From assembly GCA_002793515.1 (NCBI GenBank), contig PFEU01000006.1, positions 10,802-74,801 of the forward strand: a stretch of DNA of 64,000 nucleotides, written 5' to 3'. Source of the DNA: Candidatus Uhrbacteria bacterium CG10_big_fil_rev_8_21_14_0_10_48_16 (GTDB lineage Bacteria; Patescibacteriota; Patescibacteriia; UBA9934; GWF2-40-263). The stretch's first letter is position 1. Every line of letters starts with the position of its first letter. Shown here piece by piece: positions 39,941-49,760 of the stretch. The position numbers were made by a program, and so were the translations under genes. Below the pieces are notes generated by a model that worked only from the letters and a program-made list of their open reading frames with translations, was not told where the DNA came from and ran no database searches.

Positions 39941-40327
39941 CTATTCCGTTGTTTGTCCATCGAAGTGTTCTTCTGACTCTTCTGCTTTTGTTCGATGAAT
40001 TGTTTGGTCTTTGTGTTCAGGAGGGGAGTAGACGGAATAGAGTTTGAGAGGAGTCGTTCCTGTATTGATGACGTTATGGGTGGTGCCAGCGGGTATGACG
40101 ATCGCGAAATCGTCCTTCACCTCGTGTGTCACACCATCAAGAATAACTTGTGCTGATCCTTCTTCAATGCGGATAAACTGATCCAGATGGTGTGTCTCCA
40201 AGCCGATTTCATCTTCTGGCTGAATATTCATGAGAACAAGCTGACTGTTCCTCGCCGTATAAAGCACACGACGATAGTCGGTATTTTGGAGCGTGGCTTC
40301 TTCGATGTTGATAATAAAACCTTTCAT
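39941..40327 (-). CDS. Cupin-domain protein
   Basis: QLVLM....EIGLE.H..DQF.R.E.G; IPAGT.HNV.NTG..PLKLYS.YSPPEH. Confidence 0.88.
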   Translation of the reverse strand: MKGFIINIEEATLQNTDYRRVLYTARNSQLVLMNIQPEDEIGLETHHLDQFIRIEEGSAQVILDGVTHEVKDDFAIVIPAGTTHNVINTGTTPLKLYSVYSPPEHKDQTIHRTKAEESEEHFDGQTTE

Positions 40328-40413
40328 AGAATTGAGGGTTACGTATAGAGCTATAATAGCATTCTTTTCGATGTCTTGGATGATAAAATTTGAAATGAGC
40401 TACGAATGAAAAC

Positions 40414-40444
40414 AAAAAACCGTCCGTAAACGGACGGTTTTTTT
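40414..40444 (-). terminator. Intrinsic terminator after the cold-shock gene
   Basis: AAAAAACCGTCCGT-AA-ACGGACGGTTTTTTT. Confidence 0.85.
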
Positions 40445-40452
40445 GTTGACTG

Positions 40453-40650
40453 TTAAGCGCGTCGAACATTTACAGCACGAGGTCCCTTTTCAGAGTCTTC
40501 GGTCTCAAATGTTACGGCGTCACCTTCACGAAGTTCATCGAATGATACATCGACAAGCTCAGATGAGTGGAAGAACAAGTCCTTCTCCTCGCCTTCTACT
40601 GCGATGAATCCAAATCCCTTATCTGTCAACCGTTTGATAATACCGGTCAT
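40453..40650 (-). CDS. Cold-shock domain protein
   Basis: KGFGFI (RNP1), LFFH (RNP2), KGPRAVNV. Confidence 0.95.
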   Translation of the reverse strand: MTGIIKRLTDKGFGFIAVEGEEKDLFFHSSELVDVSFDELREGDAVTFETEDSEKGPRAVNVRRA

Positions 40651-40773
40651 AGTGATTGGTGTTAATGTGAATTATCCGCAAATTTGTCCTCTTTTGGGAA
40701 ATTTGAGGATCTCCACAACGAGTACTTTGCTACCAATAAGATACATCACATGGCGATAAATGTCAATAGCTCT

Positions 40774-41550
40774 CTAGAGATGAGGGCTAGCCTGTTGATA
40801 ACTTTCCTTATATTCTGAGCCATCCTCTAAAAATGAGCCAACAGAGCTCCTTTTAAGGGAAAGAAGAATGGCTCCACACCCGAGCTGATTTCCAAGTGAA
40901 TGCGCAAGGGCACGAATATAGGTTCCGCTTTGGACATCCAAAGTAACGACCGAAATCCAGTAGTTTTGCTCAGAATCCCCAAGGTTCTTCCAAGAGTCCT
41001 TTGATTGCGCTTGCCGGAAATTGCCTGTGACACGATCGATACGGGAGAATACCTCCGACCGAATGTTATCAAGTCGTTCTGATGAAACGGTCTCTATGTG
41101 ACTGTGGTTTACGCGCATTTCCTTGTGTGGAATGTGGATCTCTTGAAGTCTGTGTTGTTGTGCCCACCAATGAAGCGGTTTCCCTTGAACTTTATAGGAT
41201 GCATAAGGAGGGAAGGGAAGTATGTGGGTTCCAGGAAGGGATGTGAGCGCTTGCTCAATTTGGTCTCTTGTCGGATCTGACCCTTTTTGGATGATCCCGA
41301 GTGCATCATAGGTATCAGAAGAAAGACCAAATAAAAATGTTGCATGATAGGTTTTGTCGAGATTTTGAAACGCCTCTTTTTGATGTCGATCCTCTCCTGT
41401 AAGAAACACAATGACTCCCTCTGCCATAGGATCAAGTCGACCCGTGTAGGTGATAGGATCGTTTTTCCATTCCGGATGCATACGTCGGATCTCCTCGATA
41501 CATTCAAAGGGGGTCCACCCTAGCGGTTTGTAGAAATTGATGATAGCCAT
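40774..41550 (-). CDS. truB: tRNA pseudouridine(55) synthase TruB-like
   Basis: YKPLGWT, GRLDPMAEG, P.Y.S.KV.GKPL, SGTYIRALA..LG..LG. Confidence 0.8.
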   Translation of the reverse strand: MAIINFYKPLGWTPFECIEEIRRMHPEWKNDPITYTGRLDPMAEGVIVFLTGEDRHQKEAFQNLDKTYHATFLFGLSSDTYDALGIIQKGSDPTRDQIEQALTSLPGTHILPFPPYASYKVQGKPLHWWAQQHRLQEIHIPHKEMRVNHSHIETVSSERLDNIRSEVFSRIDRVTGNFRQAQSKDSWKNLGDSEQNYWISVVTLDVQSGTYIRALAHSLGNQLGCGAILLSLKRSSVGSFLEDGSEYKESYQQASPHL

Positions 41551-41615
41551 ATCTCTTTTCTTTCACAAAAAGACATCAGTGTCTACTGATGTCTTTTGAG
41601 AAGAATGATACGTCC

Positions 41616-41678
41616 TTATTTTTTTGCATCCTTCTTCGGTTTCTTCTTTTCTTTGCGGGCGTTTTTCCCTTTGGCCAT
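41616..41678 (-). CDS. 20-aa Lys-rich microprotein (not in ORF track)
   Basis: MAKGKNARKEKKKPKKDAKK; terminator at 41565-41599 downstream; promoter-like TTCACA-18-TATTGT upstream. Confidence 0.55.
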   Translation of the reverse strand: MAKGKNARKEKKKPKKDAKK

Positions 41679-41737
41679 ATAAATAGTGTTAGGAAGAATT
41701 CTACAATATCACATTCTGTATTTCTTTGTGAATAGTT

Positions 41738-42721
41738 TTATTGAGCTGAGGGTTCTGAAGGGATTGTTTCACAATCAATCGGATCGAAACTGTCGGCTTG
41801 AAGACCTCCCGCTATCCAATCCTCGAGCATAACCGTCATGCTTTGTTTATTCTCGTATCGGCATTGTCGTGTAAGACCAACCATTTCTTCTTGAGCCTCT
41901 CCGTCGATCAGATATTCTTGGACAACACTCTTAAAGGTAAACAATCCAAGCTCATCAGCTGGAGTATGTTCAATAAGGCTGAGGGATTCTAAAAGTATTC
42001 CAAAGAACTCAAGAGACATAGGGCTTGTCACACGTGCTTGAATGTCTCCTTCGACCGCACTGAGCATGCAGTCAAGATTATCGTCACAGTCGATCACTGA
42101 GGAGAAAAGGGGAATGGTCTCAAGGTTCGCATTGGTGATCCCAAGACTTAAGTATCGCATGATTTGGTATGCGGAATCACCATTGGACATATAGTAGCGA
42201 TGTCCATCTTCTGGGTGGACATACCAAGCTTGTCCAGCTTCCTCTACTTGAAGAAGAATAGTTCCTTTGAGCCTTTCCATAAGATCCACATCAGCTGTGA
42301 GTTCGCCTAAGCCGAGTGGATCCGTTCCGTTTTCCAGTTCTGTTCGATCATCGGTCCCATCTTCATCAGAATCTGTTGTTGTCGGATCTGTGCCGAGTCC
42401 TTCTTCTAGTTTGTCAGAAAGTCCATCACCATCCGTATCTGTCTCTTCAAAACGATCCTCAAATCCGACAGGAATTTTTGCAAGGTTCTCGTTTGTGATG
42501 CCGAGTCCGAAATTTCTCAATACCGCATAGGCGGCATTGCCATTTTTAATGTAGACCCGCTCTTGGGTGTCAGGAGTGACATACCAAGCCTCACCGGCCT
42601 CTTCGACTTGCAATAGGATACGACCAATCGTCTGTGAGGGGGTGGATGCGAATACCCATGATGGAGCAAGAGCAAAAATCAGGGTAAGAGCAAGCGTTTG
42701 AATAGACAGCTGTGTATTCAT
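41738..42721 (-). CDS. Secreted protein with a duplicated GxILLQVE domain and TSP3-like Ca-binding repeats
   Basis: Signal peptide; two copies of G.ILLQVEEAG.AWYV.P....R.Y..NG..AY...R...LGITN.NL..IP flank DTDGDGLSD..E..LGTDP. Confidence 0.8.
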   Translation of the reverse strand: MNTQLSIQTLALTLIFALAPSWVFASTPSQTIGRILLQVEEAGEAWYVTPDTQERVYIKNGNAAYAVLRNFGLGITNENLAKIPVGFEDRFEETDTDGDGLSDKLEEGLGTDPTTTDSDEDGTDDRTELENGTDPLGLGELTADVDLMERLKGTILLQVEEAGQAWYVHPEDGHRYYMSNGDSAYQIMRYLSLGITNANLETIPLFSSVIDCDDNLDCMLSAVEGDIQARVTSPMSLEFFGILLESLSLIEHTPADELGLFTFKSVVQEYLIDGEAQEEMVGLTRQCRYENKQSMTVMLEDWIAGGLQADSFDPIDCETIPSEPSAQ

Positions 42722-42770
42722 AGAAGGCTATTATATCAAGTCCATGTTATGTAGGCGACTGCTTTTTCTT

Positions 42771-43910
42771 CTAAAATGTCAGAGTCAGAAGAGCTCGCCC
42801 TCGTTCTGCCCAGTTTGTTTCTCCCAGGGCCTCCATTTCAATGATGTAGTCTGCTAAAAGTGTTTGACGTTCTTCCTCCTCTTTTTTCTGAGACAAATAG
42901 GTTTCAAGAAGGGTGAAGTGCATGGATTCACGCATGGAGGCATCTTCTAGTTGCCACCAAAGTTGTTGCTCAAACATCCGTTCGACAAGAATGGGATCAT
43001 GAAGATTCATCGTAATTATATCGATGATTTCCTGCTGAATTTCTTCTTTTGAGGCCCCCTCTGGAGGATTGAAGGGCGACTCCAGAAATGTCGTCAACAT
43101 TTCTGGATCATAAGCTACTTCCTGGACCAAGTATTCTGGCTTCATGGAGAGCTCTACACGTTCCGGGTATTTGGATAGCTCCATGGCCACGACCACTCTG
43201 GAGAGTTCTTGGGCTTGAGAGAATGTAAGGTCTGTATCGACGAGTTTATAGAGGATGTATTCCAAAGCGGTGAATTGGCTGATCGTGTCTTGCGTGAGGA
43301 GTTGTTTAAGAAAGGTGGAGTGGTTGTGCGCTCGCTGAGGTTCCCCGATAGCGTAGGCATGGCGTGCTCGAAGCCATTGCAAAGTTTCTGTGGTAGGGAG
43401 TTGAAGGAGTCTAAAGATGCCAAGGGCTTTTGAGAATCCGACCATCACAACGTAATCAGTCTGTTTGCCAAGAATCTGTTCAATTTGTGTCATGCCGTAT
43501 TCAAGTCCGCCAATTGCGCAGGCGTTTGAGACATAGTAGTCACTGGGGACGTGACCGGCTTCTGGAAGCAGAGCAAACGTTCCTCGTGGGATGGCGGTGA
43601 TGCGGACTCTGTCATTTTTGCGATTGAGTTCAATAAACTGAATCACGTCACAGTGTGCCACGTCACTTCCCGCACGTGCATCAAGACCAAGCAGGAGAAT
43701 CGAAACGAGATCGTCTTCGCCAAAGAGATCACTCGTCGTTTCTTGTGTTTGTAGATCAATACGTTGATCAATGACGGATTGAATCTCGTTTTGTAGAAGG
43801 ATCTGAGCCTGATGTCTTTGTGAGGTGTAAACCCATCCTATCAGACTCAAACCACAAAAAAGGATGAGGGTAACGAGGAAAAACGCAAGGAAGAATTTAC
43901 GGCGCAACAT
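42771..43910 (-). CDS. LCP (LytR-CpsA-Psr)-like protein
   Basis: N-terminal TM, then ILLLGLDAR....CD.I...L......ITAIPRGT. Confidence 0.7.
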   Translation of the reverse strand: MLRRKFFLAFFLVTLILFCGLSLIGWVYTSQRHQAQILLQNEIQSVIDQRIDLQTQETTSDLFGEDDLVSILLLGLDARAGSDVAHCDVIQFIELNRKNDRVRITAIPRGTFALLPEAGHVPSDYYVSNACAIGGLEYGMTQIEQILGKQTDYVVMVGFSKALGIFRLLQLPTTETLQWLRARHAYAIGEPQRAHNHSTFLKQLLTQDTISQFTALEYILYKLVDTDLTFSQAQELSRVVVAMELSKYPERVELSMKPEYLVQEVAYDPEMLTTFLESPFNPPEGASKEEIQQEIIDIITMNLHDPILVERMFEQQLWWQLEDASMRESMHFTLLETYLSQKKEEEERQTLLADYIIEMEALGETNWAERGRALLTLTF

Positions 43911-43989
43911 AGAGTGATTGTGATCTCACATCATATCAAGAGGTCCTGCTTGAGTGAAGGAAAAGGATCCCAACTCTATGGCAAGAGGG

Positions 43990-44316
43990 TTAATTTACTT
44001 GTGCTTTTTGGATGACCTGAACAATGGCTTTCACAAAAGGATTATCCTGCTTTAATTGTGGAATAACTTTTTTTCCATCGCGTACCTTCTGTAATAAATG
44101 GCATTGGGTCAATATTTTTATGTGTTGTGAAGCAAGCGGGAGGGAGATCTTCAAGATCTCAGCGATATCTCCCACAGAGAGTTTTGGATTCTTTGTCAGA
44201 ATGCAAAGGATTCGGTAGCGGTTTATCTCATTAAGGGCCTTAAACATGGAAACGATCTGTGCGTCGTTTCCATTATAAAGTTTCCGGTTGTCGCGAAGCT
44301 CCTTGGCGGTTAACAT
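43990..44316 (-). CDS. ArsR/SmtB-family regulator
   Basis: FKALNE..R.RIL, LSVGDIAE.L.IS....SQH.K.L. Confidence 0.88.
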   Translation of the reverse strand: MLTAKELRDNRKLYNGNDAQIVSMFKALNEINRYRILCILTKNPKLSVGDIAEILKISLPLASQHIKILTQCHLLQKVRDGKKVIPQLKQDNPFVKAIVQVIQKAQVN

Positions 44317-44319
44317 AGA

Positions 44320-44349
44320 TAAATAGTTAAATAATCGTTTAACTATTTA
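44320..44349. promoter_or_regulatory. Inverted repeat, probable ArsR operator
   Basis: TAAATAGTTAAA-N6-TTTAACTATTTA just upstream of the ArsR start and downstream of TTGACA/TATAAT elements. Confidence 0.7.
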
Positions 44350-44418
44350 ACGATAAGACTATTATACAAGGGTGTCAACCAACGATCTTCTGAACTCGGA
44401 TTATTTACCCTAATCAGT

Positions 44419-45501
44419 CTATTGATATTGAACAAAGATAGGTTGGGGGAGGAGTTGGAGGATTTGTTCTGGGCTCATGAGATAGGAGCCTGCGTAGCGG
44501 ACGTCGTTTTTGTAAAACACTTTAAATCCCGTGAACTGAACAGGTTCATTTTTGATGTAAGCCTCGTAGGTTGCCACTTTTTGTCCAGGCGTTCCCCACC
44601 CATCCATATCCATGACCACTTGAACATCCGTAAGTGGGGTGATCTGGTCGCTGTTAGTGACCATAGCCTGGGTGTATCGATGAACAACCAGTATTTTTGG
44701 TGGGAGGTCGTGGGTCTGTACCAACTCGGCAAGATACTCTGCAATCGTGTTGAGCTCGCTTGCGTCCACTGTTCCCACAGCCGTTCCGGGTGGTTGGCGA
44801 TATTTCATGGCGAATTCTGGGTCAATCGCAAGATGCACCTGAGGAAGGGTTAGATACGGCTCTAGATGCTCAACCTCATCCATCAAATTGGCGAGACCGG
44901 CTTGAACCTCGAGGATCACGATGCCATCAATTTCATCGGCCATAGCGATAGCTCGTTCAATGTGTTCCTCTGGCATTCTGAATCGATACAACCCATCACT
45001 TCCAGGACTCGCTTGAGCGGTGACAGCAATGTAATCGATGGCCGGCATGACGGGTGTGCTCGGGTCTGCTTCCTCCCAATCGAGGACGGCTTCACTCAAA
45101 CGTCGCAATACTTCATCTCTTGAATACTCTCCCAAAATTCCCATGCGCGTTGAATAGAAATTCCCGTAATAGGCAACAATGCGATGAAACGGTAACAGAG
45201 CGCCGGGATTCGGGACGGGTGCATCTGTGACGGGCCAGAGTAAAGCTGGCGGGTTCTCCACAACGGAATGCTCTTCAAGTGATTCCTCTTCCGACACATG
45301 TGCCAACGCACGCATCCTCTGTAGGTACTCTTCAACATCAATCGTCTCGACAACTTCTTCTGCTTGAGTCTCCTGCATGTTTTCAGATGAGTCTCCTGCC
45401 ATGACAGACCCACTCTCTAAGGCGATTCGCACAGCAAAAAATCCACCGATCAAGAGAACGAGAAGACCGCTTATTACCATGATGCGCCATTGGTTTTTCA
45501 T
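44419..45501 (-). CDS. Membrane-anchored conserved hypothetical protein
   Basis: N-terminal TM; RIVAYYGN..S..MGILGE, HLAIDPEF, KILVVHR, DGWG, GFK.FY.ND. Confidence 0.75.
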   Translation of the reverse strand: MKNQWRIMVISGLLVLLIGGFFAVRIALESGSVMAGDSSENMQETQAEEVVETIDVEEYLQRMRALAHVSEEESLEEHSVVENPPALLWPVTDAPVPNPGALLPFHRIVAYYGNFYSTRMGILGEYSRDEVLRRLSEAVLDWEEADPSTPVMPAIDYIAVTAQASPGSDGLYRFRMPEEHIERAIAMADEIDGIVILEVQAGLANLMDEVEHLEPYLTLPQVHLAIDPEFAMKYRQPPGTAVGTVDASELNTIAEYLAELVQTHDLPPKILVVHRYTQAMVTNSDQITPLTDVQVVMDMDGWGTPGQKVATYEAYIKNEPVQFTGFKVFYKNDVRYAGSYLMSPEQILQLLPQPIFVQYQ

Positions 45502-45628
45502 AGATGTATGGATTGAGGTTATGTCTTACTTCGAGGGCTTCCATGTATCATCATACCAAAATTCAGCCGTATCTGTCAGAAAGAATACCGCTCATAACTT
45601 CACTCATGAGAATCCTCATCGGATGAAC

Positions 45629-46243
45629 TTACTGTTTCGTTGTTGGAGTAAACGTCTTCTTCCCTTTGACGATGCCAAATTTGCCACCGTCTCCATAAAG
45701 CGCCTGCCAACGTTCCTGTTCTTGTTCCATGTTTCGAAGTATCTGTTTATTAACAGACCGTTCTGTTCGATATTCTTCAAGTCGTTCGAGATTTTGGTTT
45801 GTGACGTACCAAACAACAGGCATCTGGTGACGGTTAGCGATATCCTGCAACTGTTGTTGAAACGCTTCGTCAATCGGTGTTGCGTAACCACCACCTTTAT
45901 GAATGACCTTAATGATCGAACGTGCGTCTATCTTGTTTTGAAGGTGAAATAGGCTTGTAGTCCGAATTCCAACCACATGATCAGATGAATCTTTGGCGAT
46001 GAGATAAAGCCGTTGATTTCCAATATTAAGGCCTGGTATTCCTTCATTTTCAGCTTTTCTCGCCTCTTCTAAATCAATTTCGTACGTTTCACACTGCAAA
46101 ACCTTACCCATCTTTGTTCGAGTTTCATAGATAGGGCCTCTTTTCAAAACGGGCTCTGGGATCGTTTTGATTCTCTCAACATCTTCTAAAATTTCCTCGC
46201 GCCATTGTTCAGGCACGGGTGGACGGTATCGCTCACCTTTCAT
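45629..46243 (-). CDS. Hypothetical protein
   Basis: 204-aa ATG-started ORF filling the gap; no confident motif. Confidence 0.6.
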   Translation of the reverse strand: MKGERYRPPVPEQWREEILEDVERIKTIPEPVLKRGPIYETRTKMGKVLQCETYEIDLEEARKAENEGIPGLNIGNQRLYLIAKDSSDHVVGIRTTSLFHLQNKIDARSIIKVIHKGGGYATPIDEAFQQQLQDIANRHQMPVVWYVTNQNLERLEEYRTERSVNKQILRNMEQEQERWQALYGDGGKFGIVKGKKTFTPTTKQ

Positions 46244-46297
46244 AGTCTGGTAATTTCTTGTTTAGTGAGATTCATAGTGTTCAGATTATTCGTAAAT

Positions 46298-46897
46298 CTA
46301 ATCAGTAGAGTCTTGAAGATACTTTTTTAGCGTTTCGAGATCTGTGTACAGATAGGTGTCGATGCCAAACTGTGCGACGGCGTCGACCTTTTCTTTATCA
46401 TCATCGATGAACAGTGTTTGCGATCGGCTTGGTTCACCAATTCTTTTAAACACCTCATCCCAAAATTCAGGGGTTTTCTTCGAGTGACCGACTCCTGCCG
46501 AGTGAAATACCTCCTTAAAGACCTTGCCACCGCCGAGCGTCTGGCGTAGATGTTCGCCTCGATAGTTTTCCTGATCGGTTGCCATAAAACAGAGAATGCC
46601 TTTGTCGCGCAGAGACTTCACAAACTCAAGAACATCTTCTTCAATCTGAGTGCCCTTAGTAAGCCAATACGTAAGAAGCTCATCAACGGTTCCGTTCCAT
46701 CCCCAATCATCGATAACCTTTACAAGCTCCTCTTTCAAATCTGCCTTTCCCACAGCACACTCTCGAAAGACTCCCGTGAAGAAGGGGAGCATCTTCTCGA
46801 CCTCAATCCCATAGTCCAATGTGAGCTGATCCGTAAAGAGAAACTTATCCTTCACAAGAACTCCGTCCGCATCAAAAAAGATAGTTGTATATTTCAT
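46298..46897 (-). CDS. HAD-superfamily hydrolase
   Basis: FFDADGVL, motif II T, K..PEF, FIDD. Confidence 0.9.
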   Translation of the reverse strand: MKYTTIFFDADGVLVKDKFLFTDQLTLDYGIEVEKMLPFFTGVFRECAVGKADLKEELVKVIDDWGWNGTVDELLTYWLTKGTQIEEDVLEFVKSLRDKGILCFMATDQENYRGEHLRQTLGGGKVFKEVFHSAGVGHSKKTPEFWDEVFKRIGEPSRSQTLFIDDDKEKVDAVAQFGIDTYLYTDLETLKKYLQDSTD

Positions 46898-46901
46898 ATT
46901 T

Positions 46902-48701
46902 TTAGAGTGGCCACTCTAGGGGGAGTTTGCCGGTAAAGGGGTAATCGCCAAACAGGACGTCTGCGACTCCGCCACCTTCGCTTCCAGGAAGCCATACGGT
47001 CACCAATGCATCCCAATCGTTCACGTACGGACTTACATCCAAGGGACGACCTGAAACAAGAATCACGATGATGGTCTTGCTTATGGCTCTGACACGGTCG
47101 ATCACCTCCAGATCCTCCGCCGAAAGTTCGGGATGTTCATTGTCGCCAACACCCTCCGCATATGGAGTTTCTCCAACGATGACAATTCCTACATCAGCGA
47201 GTTCTGTCCCTAAAGGAAAATCTCCTGCTTGGCGGTACTCAACGTTCGTCTCTGACGACACGGCATCTTCGATTCCTTGCAGAATCGTCGTTCCAGGAAT
47301 CCAGTTCCCATCAATGCCTTGCCACTCAATCGTCCAACCACCTGCCTGACGTCCAAGGTTATCTGCTGAATCGCCTGCTACGAGAATGCGGGGTGTCTCC
47401 TTCGAGATTGGTAGGATCTGCTGTGCATCTTTCAAGAGGACTAACGATTTGCGGACGGCTTCACGAGCCACTTCTTTGTGTTCTATCGACCCAAACGTGC
47501 GAATGTCTGCATCAGAAATCGTTTGGTTGTCAAAGAGCCCAGCCTCAAATTTGATACGGAGAATTCGTTGGACCGCATCGTTTAGTCGGTCCATAGAGAT
47601 ATCACCCTCATCCACGGCTCGACGCATGTGCGTGGCGAATAGGCGATATTCATACGGGAGCATGACCATGTCCACACCCGCATTTACCGCTGTAACGAGG
47701 GCATCGTATTTGTCGCCCGGAATATCGAATACGGAATACCAATCAGACACGACAAACCCCTGAAAACTGAGTTCACCTTTTAAGATATCGGTCAGCCACA
47801 TGTGACTTGTTGTGAGTTCAACGTCATTCCATGAAGCATGACTAACCATAATACTTCCCACTCCCGCATCGATTGCACGTGCAAATGGGGGAAGGTGAGT
47901 GGAACGCAAAACCGCTTCGTCTATCGTGATGACACCTTGGTCTATCTGGTAGCCTGGATTTGTTGAGGTACCCCATTCCATGGCTCCTGAACCAAGATAA
48001 TGTTTCGCCGTCCCCACAATTGAAAGCGAATGAAGTCCTTCGACATAGGCTGTTGTAAGATCTTCGACAAGCTTTGTATCCGCACCAAACGTTTCATACG
48101 TCCGACCCCAGCGAATATCTTGTACGACATCTGCGGTTGGTGAAAAATTCCAATTCGTGCCCGTTGTGATCATTTCTTCCGCCGTGATAACGGCAATGCG
48201 ACGCACCAAATCCGCGTCGGCACTGGCACCAAGACCTATTTGATGTGGAAAAATCGTTGCACCGAAAACGTTACTGTGACCATGTACGGCATCAACTCCG
48301 TACAGGAGAGGAATCCCTAGTCGACTAGATTTCGCTCGTTCTTGAAAATCGTTCACCATTGTTAACCAGCCTTCTTGTGTGTTTTCGTCTGGTCCACCTC
48401 CGCCACCACTCAACAATGCACCAAGACCGAAGCGAGCAATATCTGATCTCAACAAAATACTATTTTGTTCAACGAGCGCCATTTGACCAATCTTTTCATC
48501 CGTTGTCATGCGACTCAACAAATCATCTACTCGCTCCTGTGTGGATCTCGTTGCATCTTTATAAAGAGCGTCTTCTGACTCCTTCTGCCAGCGTATGCCC
48601 GTGAAAAATTCAACGAAAACAAGGGACCCGACTATCAGAAATAACAATAGCAGAACAACTTGCTTTCTCTTGAATGAAAATTTTTTGTGTGAAGAACCCA
48701 T
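46902..48701 (-). CDS. Glycoside hydrolase family 3 (beta-glucosidase), membrane-anchored
   Basis: EKIGQM, DAVHG, RWGRTYE, AKHY, GFVVSDW, GETPYAEG.GD, WLPGSEG. Confidence 0.94.
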   Translation of the reverse strand: MGSSHKKFSFKRKQVVLLLLFLIVGSLVFVEFFTGIRWQKESEDALYKDATRSTQERVDDLLSRMTTDEKIGQMALVEQNSILLRSDIARFGLGALLSGGGGGPDENTQEGWLTMVNDFQERAKSSRLGIPLLYGVDAVHGHSNVFGATIFPHQIGLGASADADLVRRIAVITAEEMITTGTNWNFSPTADVVQDIRWGRTYETFGADTKLVEDLTTAYVEGLHSLSIVGTAKHYLGSGAMEWGTSTNPGYQIDQGVITIDEAVLRSTHLPPFARAIDAGVGSIMVSHASWNDVELTTSHMWLTDILKGELSFQGFVVSDWYSVFDIPGDKYDALVTAVNAGVDMVMLPYEYRLFATHMRRAVDEGDISMDRLNDAVQRILRIKFEAGLFDNQTISDADIRTFGSIEHKEVAREAVRKSLVLLKDAQQILPISKETPRILVAGDSADNLGRQAGGWTIEWQGIDGNWIPGTTILQGIEDAVSSETNVEYRQAGDFPLGTELADVGIVIVGETPYAEGVGDNEHPELSAEDLEVIDRVRAISKTIIVILVSGRPLDVSPYVNDWDALVTVWLPGSEGGGVADVLFGDYPFTGKLPLEWPL

Positions 48702-48836
48702 AGACTCAATTAAATGTAGCGAAAAAATGAGGAAACGACCAGAACCGTCGCCTATGTTCATGATGCCGTTGAATAGGGTAGAGAGCAAAAGCAACCTTCC
48801 CATGCGAAGGTTGCTTTTTGCGGAGTGTGCACCAGG

Positions 48837-49049
48837 CTATTCCTGAGGTTCAACGGGGATCTCATCGATCACTGCGGGGGTATTCACTTCTATGGTTGTG
48901 AAATCTTCTTGGTCTTGTGAAGTATTTTGGATGGCAGGTAACGCATACACGAAGAACAATACGGCGACAATAGCGACAACCAGAAGGGTGATAATGAGTC
49001 CAATGAATGAGTCCTGTTTATTTGCTGGAGTATTAATGATGGTGGACAT
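48837..49049 (-). CDS. Small single-TM protein
   Basis: MSTIINTP..IGLIITLLVVAIVAVLFFVYALP; terminator at 48787-48820. Confidence 0.65.
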   Translation of the reverse strand: MSTIINTPANKQDSFIGLIITLLVVAIVAVLFFVYALPAIQNTSQDQEDFTTIEVNTPAVIDEIPVEPQE

Positions 49050-49069
49050 ACGGATATTGTTAACGTGTT

Positions 49070-49219
49070 CTAGAGGATCTTCTCTCCTCGAATGAGTTTG
49101 ATAATAACGACAATGATGGCGATAACTAGGAGAATGTGAATAAATCCACCAAGCGTGTAGGAAGTCACGAGACCGAGAAGCCACAGGATGAGAAGAATAA
49201 TGGCGATGGTATAAAGCAT
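49070..49219 (-). CDS. lmo0937-family small membrane protein, 49 aa (not in ORF track)
   Basis: MLYTIAIILLILWLLGLVTSYTLGGFIHILLVIAIIVVIIKLIRGEKIL. Confidence 0.85.
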   Translation of the reverse strand: MLYTIAIILLILWLLGLVTSYTLGGFIHILLVIAIIVVIIKLIRGEKIL

Positions 49220-49530
49220 ACGTAGGCACGACAAAGTTTTAAATAAAGAGAACGAAACTCCGTGTTACGACACATCACGCATGGGTAGTGGTATCTCCGG
49301 AGATAAACGCTGTTGAAGGTTCTACAAGTATCTCGCAGAGATTGTTTTGATGTGAACGTATTTGTGGGTCTGGTATCATAGATGTAGATAGTTCAACGTT
49401 TGTTTAATTGTTAAAGTGTACCCAATTCAACCGTACGCCCACCGATCCATAGTGTCAATGCATGTCGACTGCGGGTGGGGGATAACATGGATCAACTTCG
49501 TGAAGAGAGAAAGGGGATTAAGCAAGTTCG

Positions 49531-49710
49531 TTAGCAATTAAGGTACGTTTCATTGCTATTCTTATCGTTTGCATCAAAGTCTCGATAGTTGACTAATAAC
49601 TCCTCACCCTTCTCGATGTCACGGTTTGCTACACCCAATGTTTCTGATTCTCCAGAAACCGCAACAATGTCCATGTTGTTCTTGACTGATGAATGATCGG
49701 ACGGTAACCG
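49531..49710 (-). pseudogene. 5'-truncated SET-domain remnant
   Basis: Translates to ..DHSSVKNNMDIV....GVANRDIEKGEELLVNYRDFD..; an in-frame stop lies directly upstream. Confidence 0.7.
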
Positions 49711-49760
49711 TTAATTACAGTCGTTGACCTCTATTTTTTATTCACTCATACTTTAATCGT

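Noticed and set aside
45377-45952. 191-aa plus-strand ORF, and 170-aa ORF 50852..51364
   Set aside because: Antisense to better-supported minus-strand genes, with no motifs.
49276-49500. Short minus-strand ORF (MIPDPQIR...) and tRNA-end-like TGCGGGTGGGGG
   Set aside because: No motif or cloverleaf support; too short to call.
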